64,000 bases of DNA, taken from the NCBI GenBank assembly GCA_051530055.1, contig CM121341.1, positions 18,702,784-18,766,783 on the forward strand, in the 5' to 3' direction. Source of the DNA: Neoechinorhynchus agilis. Lineage: Eukaryota > Animalia > Acanthocephala. The notes under the pieces were generated by a model. It worked only from the letters and a program-made list of their open reading frames with translations. It had not been told where the DNA came from and ran no database searches. Positions 31,254 through 43,644 of the stretch are shown piece after piece (within the stretch, counting starts at the first letter, position 1; each line of letters begins with the position of its first letter). Made by a program: the position numbers and the translations under genes.

Positions 31254-33213
31254 TTTTTATATTGATGTGAATTAGCACTTTCGGTGGTCGGAGAAACTTT
31301 GTTTTACATCAGAGAAGTGATGTTACCATTTTTATTTTATATATTTTATAAAAAAAAATTTCTCTATCATAAATTTATTTGTATACAATTTATCTATGCA
31401 TTGTTTACAACCTCTCCGCTTCTATTCATCGGCGCTGGCCAAAATGCTGGCCGCATTGCCCCGCTGCACCGCAATGCTTATTTTTTGGGCTAGGAACGAA
31501 GTCGAATTAATCCCCAAAAATGCGAAGTTGTCGTCCTTAACGCAACTGAAAACGAGCGCTCTCAAATCTCTAGCGATTTTGAATCAGTTGCTCCACCCTT
31601 GACCAGCTCACAATCCTCGGGAGCTGCGTTCTTGCTGAGAATGTTGCGAAGGACCTGCGCGCACAAATCCCGAAAATTGAGTTGCTCTGCGGCCGAACTT
31701 CTGAGCTTTCGGCACATGAGGGTCTCTTCTTGATCAAGAATTGCCTCTATATGCCGAAATTGCTTCATAAGCTAAGAGCAGCTCCATGTTTCGGAGAAGA
31801 CAAATTGTTAGGAGAGCTCGACGGGGTAATTCGTAAGCAACTGGGACATATATTGAATGTCAAATTTTCGGACACAGGTTGGCGACAGGCTACTTTTCCC
31901 ACGGCTTATGGTGGTTTGGGAGTTCGCACCACTTCAGGCGTCGCTTTACCTGCCTTCCTCTCCTCTTGCCGGGCAAGTAAAGTCTATGTCGATGCCATTT
32001 TAGGAACCCCACGGAAGGATGCGATCTTTGAAACAGGATTATATCAATGGCATCAATTGACAGGCATCAACCAGCCCCCCGCAAATGAATGCAAACAGTC
32101 GTCTTGGGACATTCCTCTTGTTCAGAAGATTCAAAACTCTTTCAAAGATCTTCTGGATGAGGTGTCTCAGGTCCGGCTGGTAGCCTTTTCCACTAAGGAG
32201 TCAAGAGCGTGGCTGAGCTGCCGCTGCGGCACTATAGTGGACTCTAAGGGGAGACACGGTCTCATATGCAAGACGTCAGCGGGACGATTTCCAAGGCATG
32301 CTGAAATCAATGCCATTCTGAGTAGGACCCTAAAAACGCTTTCCCTTCCAAACATCCTAGAACCCACTAATCTTTGTAGATTAGATGGAAGACGCCCTGA
32401 TGGCGTGACCGTTTTTCCTTGGCGGGAGGGGAAATGTTTGTTGTGGGGTGCAACGTGTGTGGACACGTTTGCAAACTCCAACATCAGCCACTCGAAAAAA
32501 GGTCCAGGAGGAGCGGAGACGGCGGCAGAGGAGCGGAAATGCTCGAAATACAGGGAGCTAATCCGAAATTACCATTTTGTTCCCTTCGGTGTGGAAACGT
32601 ATGGGGCCCTGGGAGGGTCGGCACTGGCCCTCGTGAAGGACTTGGGGAAACGAATCAACGCGGCGACTGGAGAGCCAAGATCGACTTCGTTCCTAACCCA
32701 AAAAGTAAGCATTGCGGTGTTACCACTTAACTTAAACTCGGATGAAACGTTAAGAGTTCGTACATCTCTCCGGATTCTCAGATACCTCCAGGAGGTAGGA
32801 CTCATAAGTGAGTTTCCTCCCTTCAGCGGTATTTCGTCCCCTTTGGTTGTATGTCATTGGCGATCATGGATTCGAACCCTTTGACCCTGAAACAGGAATC
32901 CGGGGCATGAGTCCATTGGACCACCTTTACACAACCACGAAATGTACAAATTCAGCTGACGAAATCGGTTTGCTCAACCGCATGTCCTTATCATTTGTCG
33001 CATTGTCAGCTAATTTTCTCGACCGCATGTATACATTTCTTTTTATATTGATGCGCATAAGCAATTTCGGCGGTCGGAGAAACTTTTTTTTCATCAGAGA
33101 AGTGATGTTACCACTTAAACTCGGATGAAACGTTAAGAGTTCGTACATCTCTCCGGATCCTCAGATACCCCCAGAAGGCGGGACTCATCAGCGAGTTTCC
33201 TCCCTTCAGCGGT
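31254..33213 (-). mobile_element. Head-to-tail tandem array (~1.5 units) of the permuted-hammerhead repeat, split by a CRE insertion
   Basis: Tail piece at 31254-31328, continuing at 32718-33213. Equivalent cleavage positions are 32780 and 33163 (383 nt apart). A/B-box head at about 32835-32935. Confidence 0.85.
31329..32717. mobile_element. CRE-like LINE insertion with 5' inversion and 8-bp TSD
   Basis: Minus strand 31329-31505 encodes the 3' end (QKISIAVQRGNAASIL) and an A-rich tail. Plus strand 31506-32717 encodes the RT C-terminus and an RLE nuclease (CRCG..H..IC, RHAEIN, RRPDG, FVPFGVETYG). TGTTACCA occurs at 31321-28 and 32718-25. Confidence 0.85.
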
Positions 33214-33289
33214 GTGTGCGTAACAAAAAGTGCATAAAATAAAATGAAATTAGTTTAAAAAAATTAACAATCTGATAAAAAAAGAGCTA

Positions 33290-34380
33290 GCGAAGGTGTG
33301 GTATACAGAATTCTCTGGCTCGAATGTAGTAAATTCTATGTAGGCCAAACAAACAATTTGGAAAGAGGAACCAAAGGACCAAAATATGCCCGGAGGAGAG
33401 GCCCCATATACCAGTTCCGCAATACTCAACCATCTTGCACAACAAGGCCACTTCATCGACAATGCCACTATTTTGGCGCATATCGACTCTAAATGGGATC
33501 GCGTGATAATGGAGGACATATTCATTCGCCCGGTTGAAACAGTTGAAGGAAATAAGGCGGACTTTAAGCTGAATCTAATTATGTGTTCTTTGATGATGAG
33601 AAGAATAGATATTGATCTCAATATTTCGTCCGTCTCGTCGGTCTTCTTCAAGTCTAAGAGGTAGATGTGCGTCAGGATGGCTTTATCCCAAATTTTAGTC
33701 TGTAGTTAACCTTATTTGGCTGGATATCAGATCACCCAATTCATCCTCAGAAAGTGTTGACCGCTTCATCAGAATGAACGTGTCATCAACATATCTGAGA
33801 GAAAGATTTATTCCAGGTAATGTGGCGATATGATCCTTCTCCCATTTCTGCGTATATAGCTCCGCCAGTGCAGGCGACAGTTGGAACACCCATCGCGATA
33901 CAATCAGTCCGGTCGTAGTTCTCATCCTCAAACTCAATGGTCGTGTACCTGGTACAGAGCTGGAGTAATTGTCTCCATTACACTTTGCTTAAGTTCCACG
34001 TGCCATACTTTCTAGGATTGAAATTGCAAGCTCAATTGCTTCTCTAATAGGTATCCTATTAAACATTGACCTAAAATCGCATAGAGTATAAATATATCGT
34101 CTGTCCAGGTGACGGATTTGATTATCTCCAAAAGATTGTAGGCTAACGCTACCACATTCGCAATGAGCTCGAGACTGGGTCTCAGAAAACCTTCCAATTT
34201 TCGGGCGACCTTGCTAGGTAGAGGTAGGTCACGGCGGCTTTATCCTGAGTTTTAGTCTGTAGTCAGCCTTATTTGACTGGAATGTTGTGAATTTAAGCAT
34301 CCTCCGTGTGTGTTTTTAGATCTTGATAAAGACACAAGATTGTGCCGAAATATCGGATTCAATAAATTGCTTTAATTTTC
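33290..34380. mobile_element. Rearranged Penelope-like element
   Basis: Plus-strand GIY-YIG (VYRI..C.KFYVGQT; SAILNHL) at 33290-33664. Inverted RT piece (SPALAELY, LRYVDDTFIL) at about 33722-34215, bracketed by a ~60-bp direct repeat (about 33660-33722 and 34217-34281). Confidence 0.75.
34318..34359 (+). ncRNA. Minimal hammerhead, U3-A8 variant (second copy)
   Basis: TTGATAA-a-gacac/aagatt/gtgcc-GAAA-TAT-C-ggatt; same family as 6001-6043; located at a PLE 3' end. Confidence 0.6.
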
Positions 34381-34499
34381 CGCCATATACAAACATATTT
34401 CAATAGTCATCTATGAGCTTATGAACGGTACACAGGGAGTTTTTTAATATAAATTATAGGTAGATAATTTAATTCTGGAGGCGATTGACTTTAGCAATC

Positions 34500-35650
34500 T
34501 CTAATGGGCGTCATGGACGTCGAAATTCCATTGCCTATTGCGTCTCGGCTTTCATTGTTGCCAAGAATGATCAAAATTCAGTGTATGATTCAAGTGATAA
34601 AAGCTCATTTTAGCATTTCTTTAAATTCAAATCGTGCATATACAAAACTGATTTGCGAGAAACTGCGGGCATTCACCAAAATTCGGTGGCACAATGTAAG
34701 AAATTAGTACCGAAATTCTCTTAGCAGAGTGCTGATTAGAATAACCACCTTTTAAAAACGTTTTGAATTCTTTAGATGTGAATTCCTCTTTCCAAGTAGT
34801 TTTGCAGTTAGTGTTCGAACTATACACACACTTCCAGTCGTTTTACTGATCTAAATTGTTGCCATTTTTTGGAATATATCGTGATAACACGAAGCTCAAG
34901 TTTGCACAACGAAGTCGGTTACAAGATTATCAGTCTTCTAATGATGTGTATAAGATTTGAAGGTTAATTTGGAGATTTACGAGGCTAATACTTACCAAAT
35001 TGAAACTCGATTCGGATTCGTGTAAGAAACTTTGCTGGACGAAAAGGCCAGATGAAAATGAAATTTTGAAGACAGAGATGAAAGAGCTTCCTAGTCTCGG
35101 ATTTTCATTTATTCCCAATCTGGTGATGTTAAATCGTTTCAAAAGTAATCTATTAGCTTATGAACGCTGCCCAGGAATTTTGTTTTCAATGTGAATTTTA
35201 GGTAGAATGGTTTTAGCAATCTCAAATGGGCTTCACAGGCGACGGGAAGATGTGACGCGAATATTTCAAGATTAGATGGGACACATACATTTTTCAAATG
35301 CTTTCAGTTTTAACTTTTGATGATTGTTGACAAATACGAGCTCTTTGAAATTCCAAAGATTTTCGGATTCATGGCATAATTAATTGTCAGTTTAGCGCTG
35401 TTTTGCTGTCGTAGAGCAATAATGTTCAATCCGTGTCTAGTTAGGAATTAAAGTATTCTATGTAATAAATTAAGACCTAATAAAATCACATCGGTATGTG
35501 CTTTAGGAAGCCTCCAATATCATACTAGGCCTAAATAAGGTTCTTGCTCGAAACAAAGGACTTCTTTAAACGGCTAAGCGAATTCTTCATTATAGAAATG
35601 ATCAACATCTTTCGATAGTCGATCAGGCTAAAAGGATAAATTAAAATCAA
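34500..35650 (+). pseudogene. Possible degraded LRR-type gene remnant
   Basis: Short exon-like pieces such as ELPSLGFSFIPNLVML and NKITSV; no continuous model could be built. Confidence 0.25.
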
Positions 35651-35784
35651 AAGCATTGTATCACGAGCACTTGGCTTGAGCAACAAAGGCAATAGTCAAT
35701 TTATATATTATCGAAATAATATATATTGTTTTATTGTACGTTGGCGAATCTGTCCGGTATTGTCGTTACTCATTTTTTTTATTT

Positions 35785-35824
35785 GAGAAATATTTCGCAA
35801 TGTATTCCTTGCCGCTTCAGTCTC
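35785..35824 (-). ncRNA. Minimal type I hammerhead at the PLE 3' end
   Basis: The reverse complement reads gaga-CTGAAGC-g-gcaa..ttgc-GAAA-TAT-T-tctc; 4-bp stem I; A9C mutation. Confidence 0.65.
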
Positions 35825-37302
35825 TATCTGAAATGGAGATGACATAAACAGCATACATAGCCGGTCACGTCTGGATGCAGCTCAGATCCGCGGGTTTGCT
35901 AATATCCGAAGTGTGGGGGTTCGATCCACACACACCTCTTGCGGTTTGTTGCCGACTAATTTGTTCGTCATGCTACGCAACTTTGGTAGCACCAGAGTGA
36001 AGTTTGATTTGTTGCCTTCCATCGCTGGACTTCCCCGGATATGAATGGCCTCAAGAATCAGTCTTTTTATCAGATCCGGTTCGCTGGTTATGAATGCCGC
36101 CTTTTCAAAATCCACCTTGTGCTGGGGTGCTTGCTGGTGGTTCGAGATTGCTGAGGATTTGTCGAAAGTCCTGTAAGCCTGTTTATGCTGCGAGATCCGT
36201 TTTTTTGATCCCTTGCATGGTTTGTCTAATGTAGACACTTGAGCAATTGCACATGGAATTTTGTAAATCCCTGATTTTGTCTCTTGTTTGGCTTTCCTCT
36301 TGAGAATACTCGCAATGGATGCGCCCGTTTGTTGTAAATCAAAAGATTTGGAGCGAGGTAGTTGAGGCGCCTCATTTTTCTAATAGCTGTATTACTTATG
36401 CGGCGAATGCCGGTGTATTTGAGGGATTCTTGTGGTATCTTTCTTCTCGCGATGGCCGCTATGTGTTGCTTTTTTGAGACCGATTTTGATGGCCCATTCA
36501 GGGAAGCCTCGTGATCTGAGAACTTTGGTGATCCTTTGTTTTTCTTCTATCCAATCCCTGCTTTCGGAAGAAATCATCCTGGCCCTCTTGAAGTAGGACA
36601 TTACCGCAGTGATTTTGTAGTGGAACGGTTGGTGGCTCGACCAGTGAGGTGGACTCCATGGTATACCTGTTTTGCGGTGGAGCTGTGTTTTGATGTTGCC
36701 TTTATCATCGTGTTTTATCCTTACGTCCAAAAAGGAGATAGCACCCTCTTCGTCTTCCTGAGTCATTGACCACTGGATGTTTGGATCCTCCATGTTGAGT
36801 GGAATGCTTTGGTCTCCCATGCTTGTTTCATCATCAGTGACTATGAACACGTCGTCAACATAGCGATACCACTTTTTGATGTTGGGTTGCTTCAGATCTG
36901 CTAGAGTGGATGCCAGAGGTGAACCAATTGCTACTCCGTCGCGTTGTTCATTGAAAACTTGATCGAATTCAAAAAGGTCTTGCATGTGTACCACTGCAGT
37001 AGAGTTATCCACGTTTCATGATCAAGGCGCGATTCTTCGCATTGATTGTGTAGAAGTTCAGCTGCTATGGAAATTGTCTCTTGGAGTGGAATGTTCGTAA
37101 ATAAGGACGTCACGTCGGCCGTGAAGAATTTGCACTGTTCATAGTTTTCCAGTCGAATTCGGGTTGCAAAGGAAGGCCCGTCAGCTATGTATGAAGGGAA
37201 AAAAATGAGAAACGACCACACCGGGGACAGGATTCGCCAACGTACAATCAAATTCACCCCGAGGACAATGATATATGACATATATTGTTTTATTTTGAGC
37301 AA
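35785..37302 (-). mobile_element. Penelope-like element (RT and GIY-YIG), frameshifted
   Basis: ADVTSLFTNIP, QRDGVAIGSPLAS, WYRYVDDVF, ISFLDV, GIYKIPC..RISQH..SAISNH. Confidence 0.9.
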
Positions 37303-37399
37303 TCCATGATGAAATGAGTAAAGTAATCCTTTGGTGCTGGTCTTTTCCGTATATGTCCTAAATATCTAAACTAAGTGAGTTATTCAACTTCATTCATAA

Positions 37400-40300
37400 T
37401 TTTAGGCAAAATACAGGCTTAAGATATTCGCCGAACATCCTTTGGCTTCTACGTGTAGAGTTCCTTCGCTCACGTAAATTTCGCTAGGATGTAGATTATT
37501 TGAAAAGAAACAATATTATAAGAACTAACTTGTGGAAAAAAACTAGATCTTTGTGCGATGTGAATATTTGAAGTTTACTGTTAAAGGTCAAATCGCTACA
37601 AAACCGCCAACGACCGTAATAAGGATACAAATGTCAAAAACTAACATTATTTCACTTATTCTGCTTTGCTCAAACGCATTAGAATGGAATTTCAAGACGT
37701 TTGATCGAGATAGATTCCTATTGGCATGGACGAGTGTGATTGTGAGATGAGAAACTTCTCTTACAGGAAATTGAGATTACATAAATGAGCGAAATTCCCA
37801 GCTGAAATGTGTTTTATTTTGTTCAATGAGAGATCTCTAGATATAAATTTAAATGAAATTTTAAGAAGGCAATAGTAACTGACATAACACGAACGTTAGA
37901 TAACGTTTTCCATGCATTGGGAGATATTTTTGTAATCAGATTATTCGATAAATTTCTAAATCAAATTATTAAGGGAAACTATAGCGGATACACACATTTC
38001 ATGGAGCATGTAGACATTATGAAAAGCATTTTGTGGCACAATTGAAATTGAATTATCTGACAAATTGCTAAAATGATATTTATTGGTAAATATGAATCAA
38101 TCGCTCATAACTTACATGATTTTCAAGTTAACCAGATTGTTGAACCACATAGTATCAATATTCGCAAGCAAATTACCTTGGAGTCGACTAAATACGATGA
38201 GGAATGATAGCAACGAAATAAACAATATTGTTCTGGATTTTATTCCCTGCCATTTGAGATACAATAAATCTCATCTCACTGTTTTTAATCAAGAATATAA
38301 TAGTTTTAATAGATATACACCGATGAGTTGGTTTCTATGAAAGACGTTATGTTTTTGAGAGTTCCTGTTATTACGGAATTATATTGAATAATCCAAGAAA
38401 AACTGAAACGGGAACTTGCACAAGTGGCAACTTAATACGGTGATAATTTTCGATCTATACTATAAGGAAAATTGCTAGGAATCTATTCTGACGGATTAAG
38501 TCTTCATCTAATAATTCCTAATGTTTACAAAATAACGCTCGCTTGTTTCCTTTTAATCGTTGTATTTTTCCTCTCGGCTTACACTGCGCATCTATCTTGG
38601 CGCCCTGATTTTATAGCCTTTCTACGTCTATACTTACAGTTCTTCTAAAATATTTAGATATTGAAAACTTGTGGAATCTATGTGTACGATTTTATTATGA
38701 TTCAAATATCTGTACTGATGAGTGTTTTAAAGTTGAAAACAATATGCTGCATTACAATATTTTTAATCTATCTGTGTACTCGAATAGTTTATAACTTATC
38801 ACCATAATTCTATTGAATGAAAGGTCCCTAAATGATAAGGTATTTCATTGAAAATGTTACTATATTTAACATACATACAAACTATTTATGCTAGTCAAAT
38901 CGAAAAAGGTATAATTATCCAATTCGTCGATTACGTTATTTGACAAATTTCTATTCGGAGGCTTTTACAAACGATATCAAAAGATTTGCAGGACTCACAA
39001 TCTCTGCAATTTGTAGCATTTCCAAAATGTACCAACTGGATATTTGTATAACCTATTTGAAGACAAGTCCCTGAAATGAAATGTAAGTTGTAAAACATCG
39101 AGATATTGAATAGCGATCGTACAAATGGGTTATACTTTCGAGGTGAGCGAAAAATCCACCTTCCTGAGTGTCCGATAAGCTCGAAAGGAGGTTATCCGAA
39201 ATCAATCTGTATGATATTCAAATGCATTGGGATAAGTAAACATGAACCGTTAACCGCACAATATCCGTAGTTTTCGAAGATTTTTAAATAAGTACAATTC
39301 CAGCATCATAATTCGATTGCTTTTCAGGTTTCTAAGTACAATAAAGGTAAAACATAAATGGTGTTGCCTCGCCTTACAAATTTTGCAATTTCGGGTTATG
39401 TGTGAATAAATCTCTGTCTATTTTAAAGATCGAATTGAAGGAGAGGTCCCTTTTTGTGCAGGAAGTTACTATGAATTCGATTTCAAATCTCACAATTCTC
39501 TCAAATATTGCAGATCTGCAAAGTCCCGAGGTAAAATAAACGACAAAGAGCAGTTTGATAAATTCCTAAAATCAGAGTATAAATCACACTCCTGCTTACT
39601 CGTCATTTACAAACAGCACTTGGAGAGTAAACAGTTTCGAGAAGAGATGACCAACTCTCGAAATGTTGCTATGTGACAAATCCCTAAAAGGTTAAGGTAA
39701 AACAATCATTAAAACCGAAAATAGAACATACAAAATTTCAATTCTCGTCAATTTGAGCACCCTTGGCTCTATGGTGGTTAAATCGTTGTATGATAGGTTA
39801 CTAAACATTCTTGTAAATGATTTGAGAAAAACATATTACAGGATTTTTAATTTTCCATTTCCAGAGAAAGCATTTCCATTCAGTTGGGCAATCTGATTAT
39901 GACTTAAATCACTTGATAAGAGGTTCGAGTCGTTTTGACAATAAACATTTAAACTTACATAAATTGAAGCGAACATGCATATTCGAAAAAAGCTTTACTG
40001 ATATTTCCGAAGGAATTGTAAGAGAGATCCCTATTCGTGTTTATGAATTAAATGAATGTTTTGTTCTAAGAAAACTTACATTGATATTAGATCATAGTTA
40101 CATTCCGTTAGTGTATTAATGAACACATAAAGACGATTATTACTTGCGTTTCTATCGAAAATTATTGACTTGAGAAACCTGCGACTTTATTCTCACATTT
40201 CAGTGTAAGTTGTAGTATTGCAGCAATATCCCCTAAAAAGAGATCTAAAATGGTCACCGCACAATTAGGTGCTATTTCAATCAGATTTAATTACCCATAC

Positions 40301-40720
40301 GAATCAAGCTGATCCACGCAAATGAGGCCACGTGAATGGTAGATTTGATTTGCTTTAAATCCGTAAATTCCACATTGCGTCAAATTTGCTCCATTGACGA
40401 TGCAGAACAAGAAGCCGATTAATTTAAAGTTCATGCGAAAAACGAAGCTAAAAGCTAGAACAAGCAATGGTTGAAGTCATTCAGTATGCACAGTTTTAAA
40501 ATTTTAAAAAAACCCAATGATTCATTCGACCAAAAGGAGTCAGTTTTAAGAAATAGTGAAGTGCTTACGCCGGCGTTAAACGTAAAACAAGAGTGATTGC
40601 GGGCAAGAAAATTTGCGAATCGCTCTTGGGCGGCATTAATTAATATCGGAAAGTGATTTTCCTGACTCATTTTATTCCATAAAAATTTAGATTATATCAA
40701 AATAAGTTATTTTTGAACAA
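37400..40720 (-). pseudogene. Multi-exon leucine-rich-repeat gene, likely with a TM segment; integrity unclear
   Basis: Exon-like pieces DLSHNQIAQLNGNAF, DFADLQYLREL, NLLSSLSDTQEGGFFAHLESITHL, FKNLRKLRIL; hydrophobic LVFDICILITVVGGFVAI near 37600. Confidence 0.5.
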
Positions 40721-40728
40721 CATTTGTC
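38590..40728 (+). repeat. ~2.1-kb duplicated segment, copy 1
   Basis: Repeated at 46663-48800. Confidence 0.92.
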
Positions 40729-40794
40729 ACTTGAAAACTAGATTATTTCTTAATTTGATCCTGCGGAAATAGAGCAACAAAAACAGAACATTCA

Positions 40795-42345
40795 CACCAC
40801 CGCTCTGGATCACTCAACTGCTGTCCTGATGTAATGGTCGAAAGAACGGATGCAGCGTTCCCCCGTTACACTGCCAGACTTATGTTTTGTAGGAAGAATG
40901 CTGATGCCCTCGCATCGCCAGTGATTCGTCTGAATCTATTGGACAATTGTTGCCCATGTCCTGCGCCGCGGTACCAAAGGACCCGAGTGTCTCGACGCTA
41001 AACGGAACAAAATAATGATTCCGAGTCAGGCCCCTGTATTTTGTCCTTTTGCGTTCCTCGGTGGCGTTTGCTGTTCCCCCTGGTTTAATAGCTGCGAATT
41101 TTATGTTGTTGGTTGCGGGCGTGTCCACGAACGTGGCGTCCCCCGGGGATACTGCGACACTGTCTGGTGTATGGCCATCGAGTCAGCGAATATTGTTCGG
41201 ATGGGCACGACTAAGAATTACGTTTACTTCGGCGTGCCGTGAGTACCTTTCGCCAGATTGCCTACAGACGAGACCATGGCGTCCCGATGGTTCCACGGTC
41301 GCTCCGCAACGGCAGCGATAGGATGTCGGTACCCCAAGTCTCAGAGATACTGCGATCCTTACTGTCTCGTCGGAGAGAGGTACCTACAGAAGAGATTGGG
41401 TAAGCGTTGAGTCAAGCACCCGATTCTCTTGTAGAGACTGTCGCCAATCGATTTCGGTTATCCAGGTCACGAGAATCTGAAATTAAAGAGCTTTGAATTC
41501 TTACTACCATGGGTGATCCCAAACTTATTGTTTGCAATCATTGACCGTACCTGCTCGCTACCGAAATCTTCACACCAAAGATTAACAGCCTCCACAAAAT
41601 CGTCATCCAAAGTGTAATTATAGCCAAGAAAAGATTGAAGTATTTTGCGGGACATCCAAACCGCCGGACGACACAGGCAAGGACGCTTGATGCTAGGCCT
41701 CGTCCGACAGCCGAGTATTTAAACTTTTCTCCACGGGGGTTTCACTCTCTCGTCAAATATTGCCAGCTTATGCTTATGTTGAAAAAAAGTGCTGTGCGTA
41801 GCTTATACAGCAATTTTGGAACGAAAAAGGTGTTCTTGATCAGAAACAGAGCCTCGCCTGAGGATAATTCATCAACTCATTCGCACAGCACCAAAAGTTG
41901 CGGTTGATGATTGGCAATCTCTGCTTCAACACGGTCCAGTGTGATCAATTCTATCCTGGGGGCTAGGTGCTGAAAATCTTTCGCCTGCCACGTTCATCAC
42001 TAAAATATCGCATTTCGCAGCATTCAATGTCAATTTTTGCCGTCTCCTTCACGAGTGTCTTCAAATCGCGCAGTACTACAGAGGGGTTACCTCCGAGGGT
42101 GGCATTATCCAGCTACCAGCCGTGAGCCGACGTTGAAAGATCAAAAAGCGACGTCGCTGTGGACGTCAGGATTAACCAGCCAAACTTTCATCGTCATTAT
42201 TAGTACTGAAGATCAAGGTCAAGCAATCTTTTGCCCTTTCACATTATGCGGCACTTCTGCCAACTGAGATTTAATTAGGAAACATGCGTAAGGTTTTAAC
42301 AGATCAACTGCCCCAGTCAAACTCCGCTTTTCGGATCCTTTTTCC
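40795..42345 (-). mobile_element. Degraded CRE-like LINE
   Basis: ATLGGNPSVVLRDL, CRCGATV, PDSVAVSPG..DATFVDT, YFVPFSVETLG, GNAASVL. Confidence 0.8.
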
Positions 42346-42545
42346 TCTCTTTCATGCGCAATTCTAGTTCTCTCGGACGTTTCTGCTGATTCATAACTAT
42401 TCTAAATAACTCCACGTGGTCTTCTTCTTTTGAATCCTAGTTCATTGTGTTTTTGGTGTGTTTTGTGTTGTCTATATAAAAATACATGTTGTGAATACTA
42501 TTTTATTTGACGGCAAGGGTGCGATTCGTACCCACGCGGGATAAC

Positions 42546-42677
42546 CCAGAATCAAGCTCAACAGTGTCCTCTTTCTCCGCTGTTACTCTCCAAGCCCTTT
42601 CCAGCGGTTGTTTTCGCTAGGCTGCTGACAGACATAGTAGGAATCTCAATGTCCGCCGTTTACTCGCGCTACAATGA
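42546..42677 (-). rRNA. Degenerate isolated 28S rRNA fragment (pseudogene)
   Basis: The reverse complement GAGATTCCTACT..CTAGCGAAAAC..GGGCTTGG..CAGCGGAGAAAGAGGACACTGTTGAGCTTGATTCT resembles the conserved LSU segment GAGATTCCCACT..CTAGCGAAACC..GGGCTTGG..CAGCGGGGAAAGAAGACCCTGTTGAGCTTGACTCT. Confidence 0.75.
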
Positions 42678-42939
42678 GTGTCTTCACTTTATCATTCAGA
42701 GCTCTGCACAGAAATAATATTTCGTCAGAGTCAAAAAAATCGAATCGCTCAAGTATAAAGCTGGATATAACATAGTTCTCCATTGGTTCGGTTAATAAAT
42801 TCTTTGTTAAGTTTAATATCAAAAGATAATTGGCTATTTCTTCTCACCCCGATGCAAAAGGCGCGTTGCGCTGTTTCCAATCAAATGTTTTTTAAATTAA
42901 AAATATAATCAATTCATTGACCGCACACATTATATCGGT

Positions 42940-43230
42940 CTATTTCGTTGAATCCATAAGATAAGCAATGAGGTCCTTACGTTCCTTTTCCTTCTTCAAC
43001 CCCACAAATACCATTTTTGTACCGGGAATATACTTTTTCGGATTTATCAGATATTCATTAAGTGTCTCTGCTGTCCACACAATCCCTTTATTCTTATTGG
43101 CCGGCGTATAATCATATCCTTCAGCCATTCAAGTGCTTCTACCAATAAATTCATGAAGATTAGGGCCGACTTTATGGGATTTCCTTTCTCGACGGTATGG
43201 CATTGACTGCACGACCTGACGAAAATTTTC
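42940..43230 (-). pseudogene. CYCS: Cytochrome c pseudogene
   Basis: KIFVRSCSQCHTVEKG (CxxCH), a frameshift, HKVGPNLHEFIGRST, a TGA stop, then [35 protein letters not shown]. Confidence 0.92.
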
Positions 43231-43289
43231 TAAGCGCGGTTTATTTCCCGAAACAAATAAAAAAGTTATCATTCAAACCGCATACAAAT

Positions 43290-43620
43290 CCATAATAAAT
43301 CGGGTCATCCAATCGTGGTTGATGCACACGAATCCTTCGCTAAAAACTCGTTTCTATCATTACCAATCACTCATCCCAACTCAAATTTTCGATTCGTTCC
43401 CGGACTTCTCTCTTTGGAATAATCAGCCGTTTGAATTCGAAAACTTGTATGGATTCCTCCTTTAATTTATTATTTATGGCAACCAAAGCAACCGCAATGT
43501 CCCTCACGCCCACCTACCTAAATCCAAAATTCCCTTAACAATCGTACTCTATTCTAACACTCGAAGTTTCCTACCTTAATTAGATAATGTTGACATGGTT
43601 GATGAACCAAACAGCGATCC
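43290..43620 (+). mobile_element. Fragment of the CR1-type LINE 5' region
   Basis: Aligns with about 24775-24890 and with the APE start (ILYSNTRSFLP). Confidence 0.65.
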
Positions 43621-43644
43621 TCCTTTCATTTCAAAAAAACTCCC

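Noticed and set aside
38715-38738. CTGATGAG..GAAA in the LRR duplicate
   Set aside because: There is no stem II closing onto the GAAA and no stem I or III.
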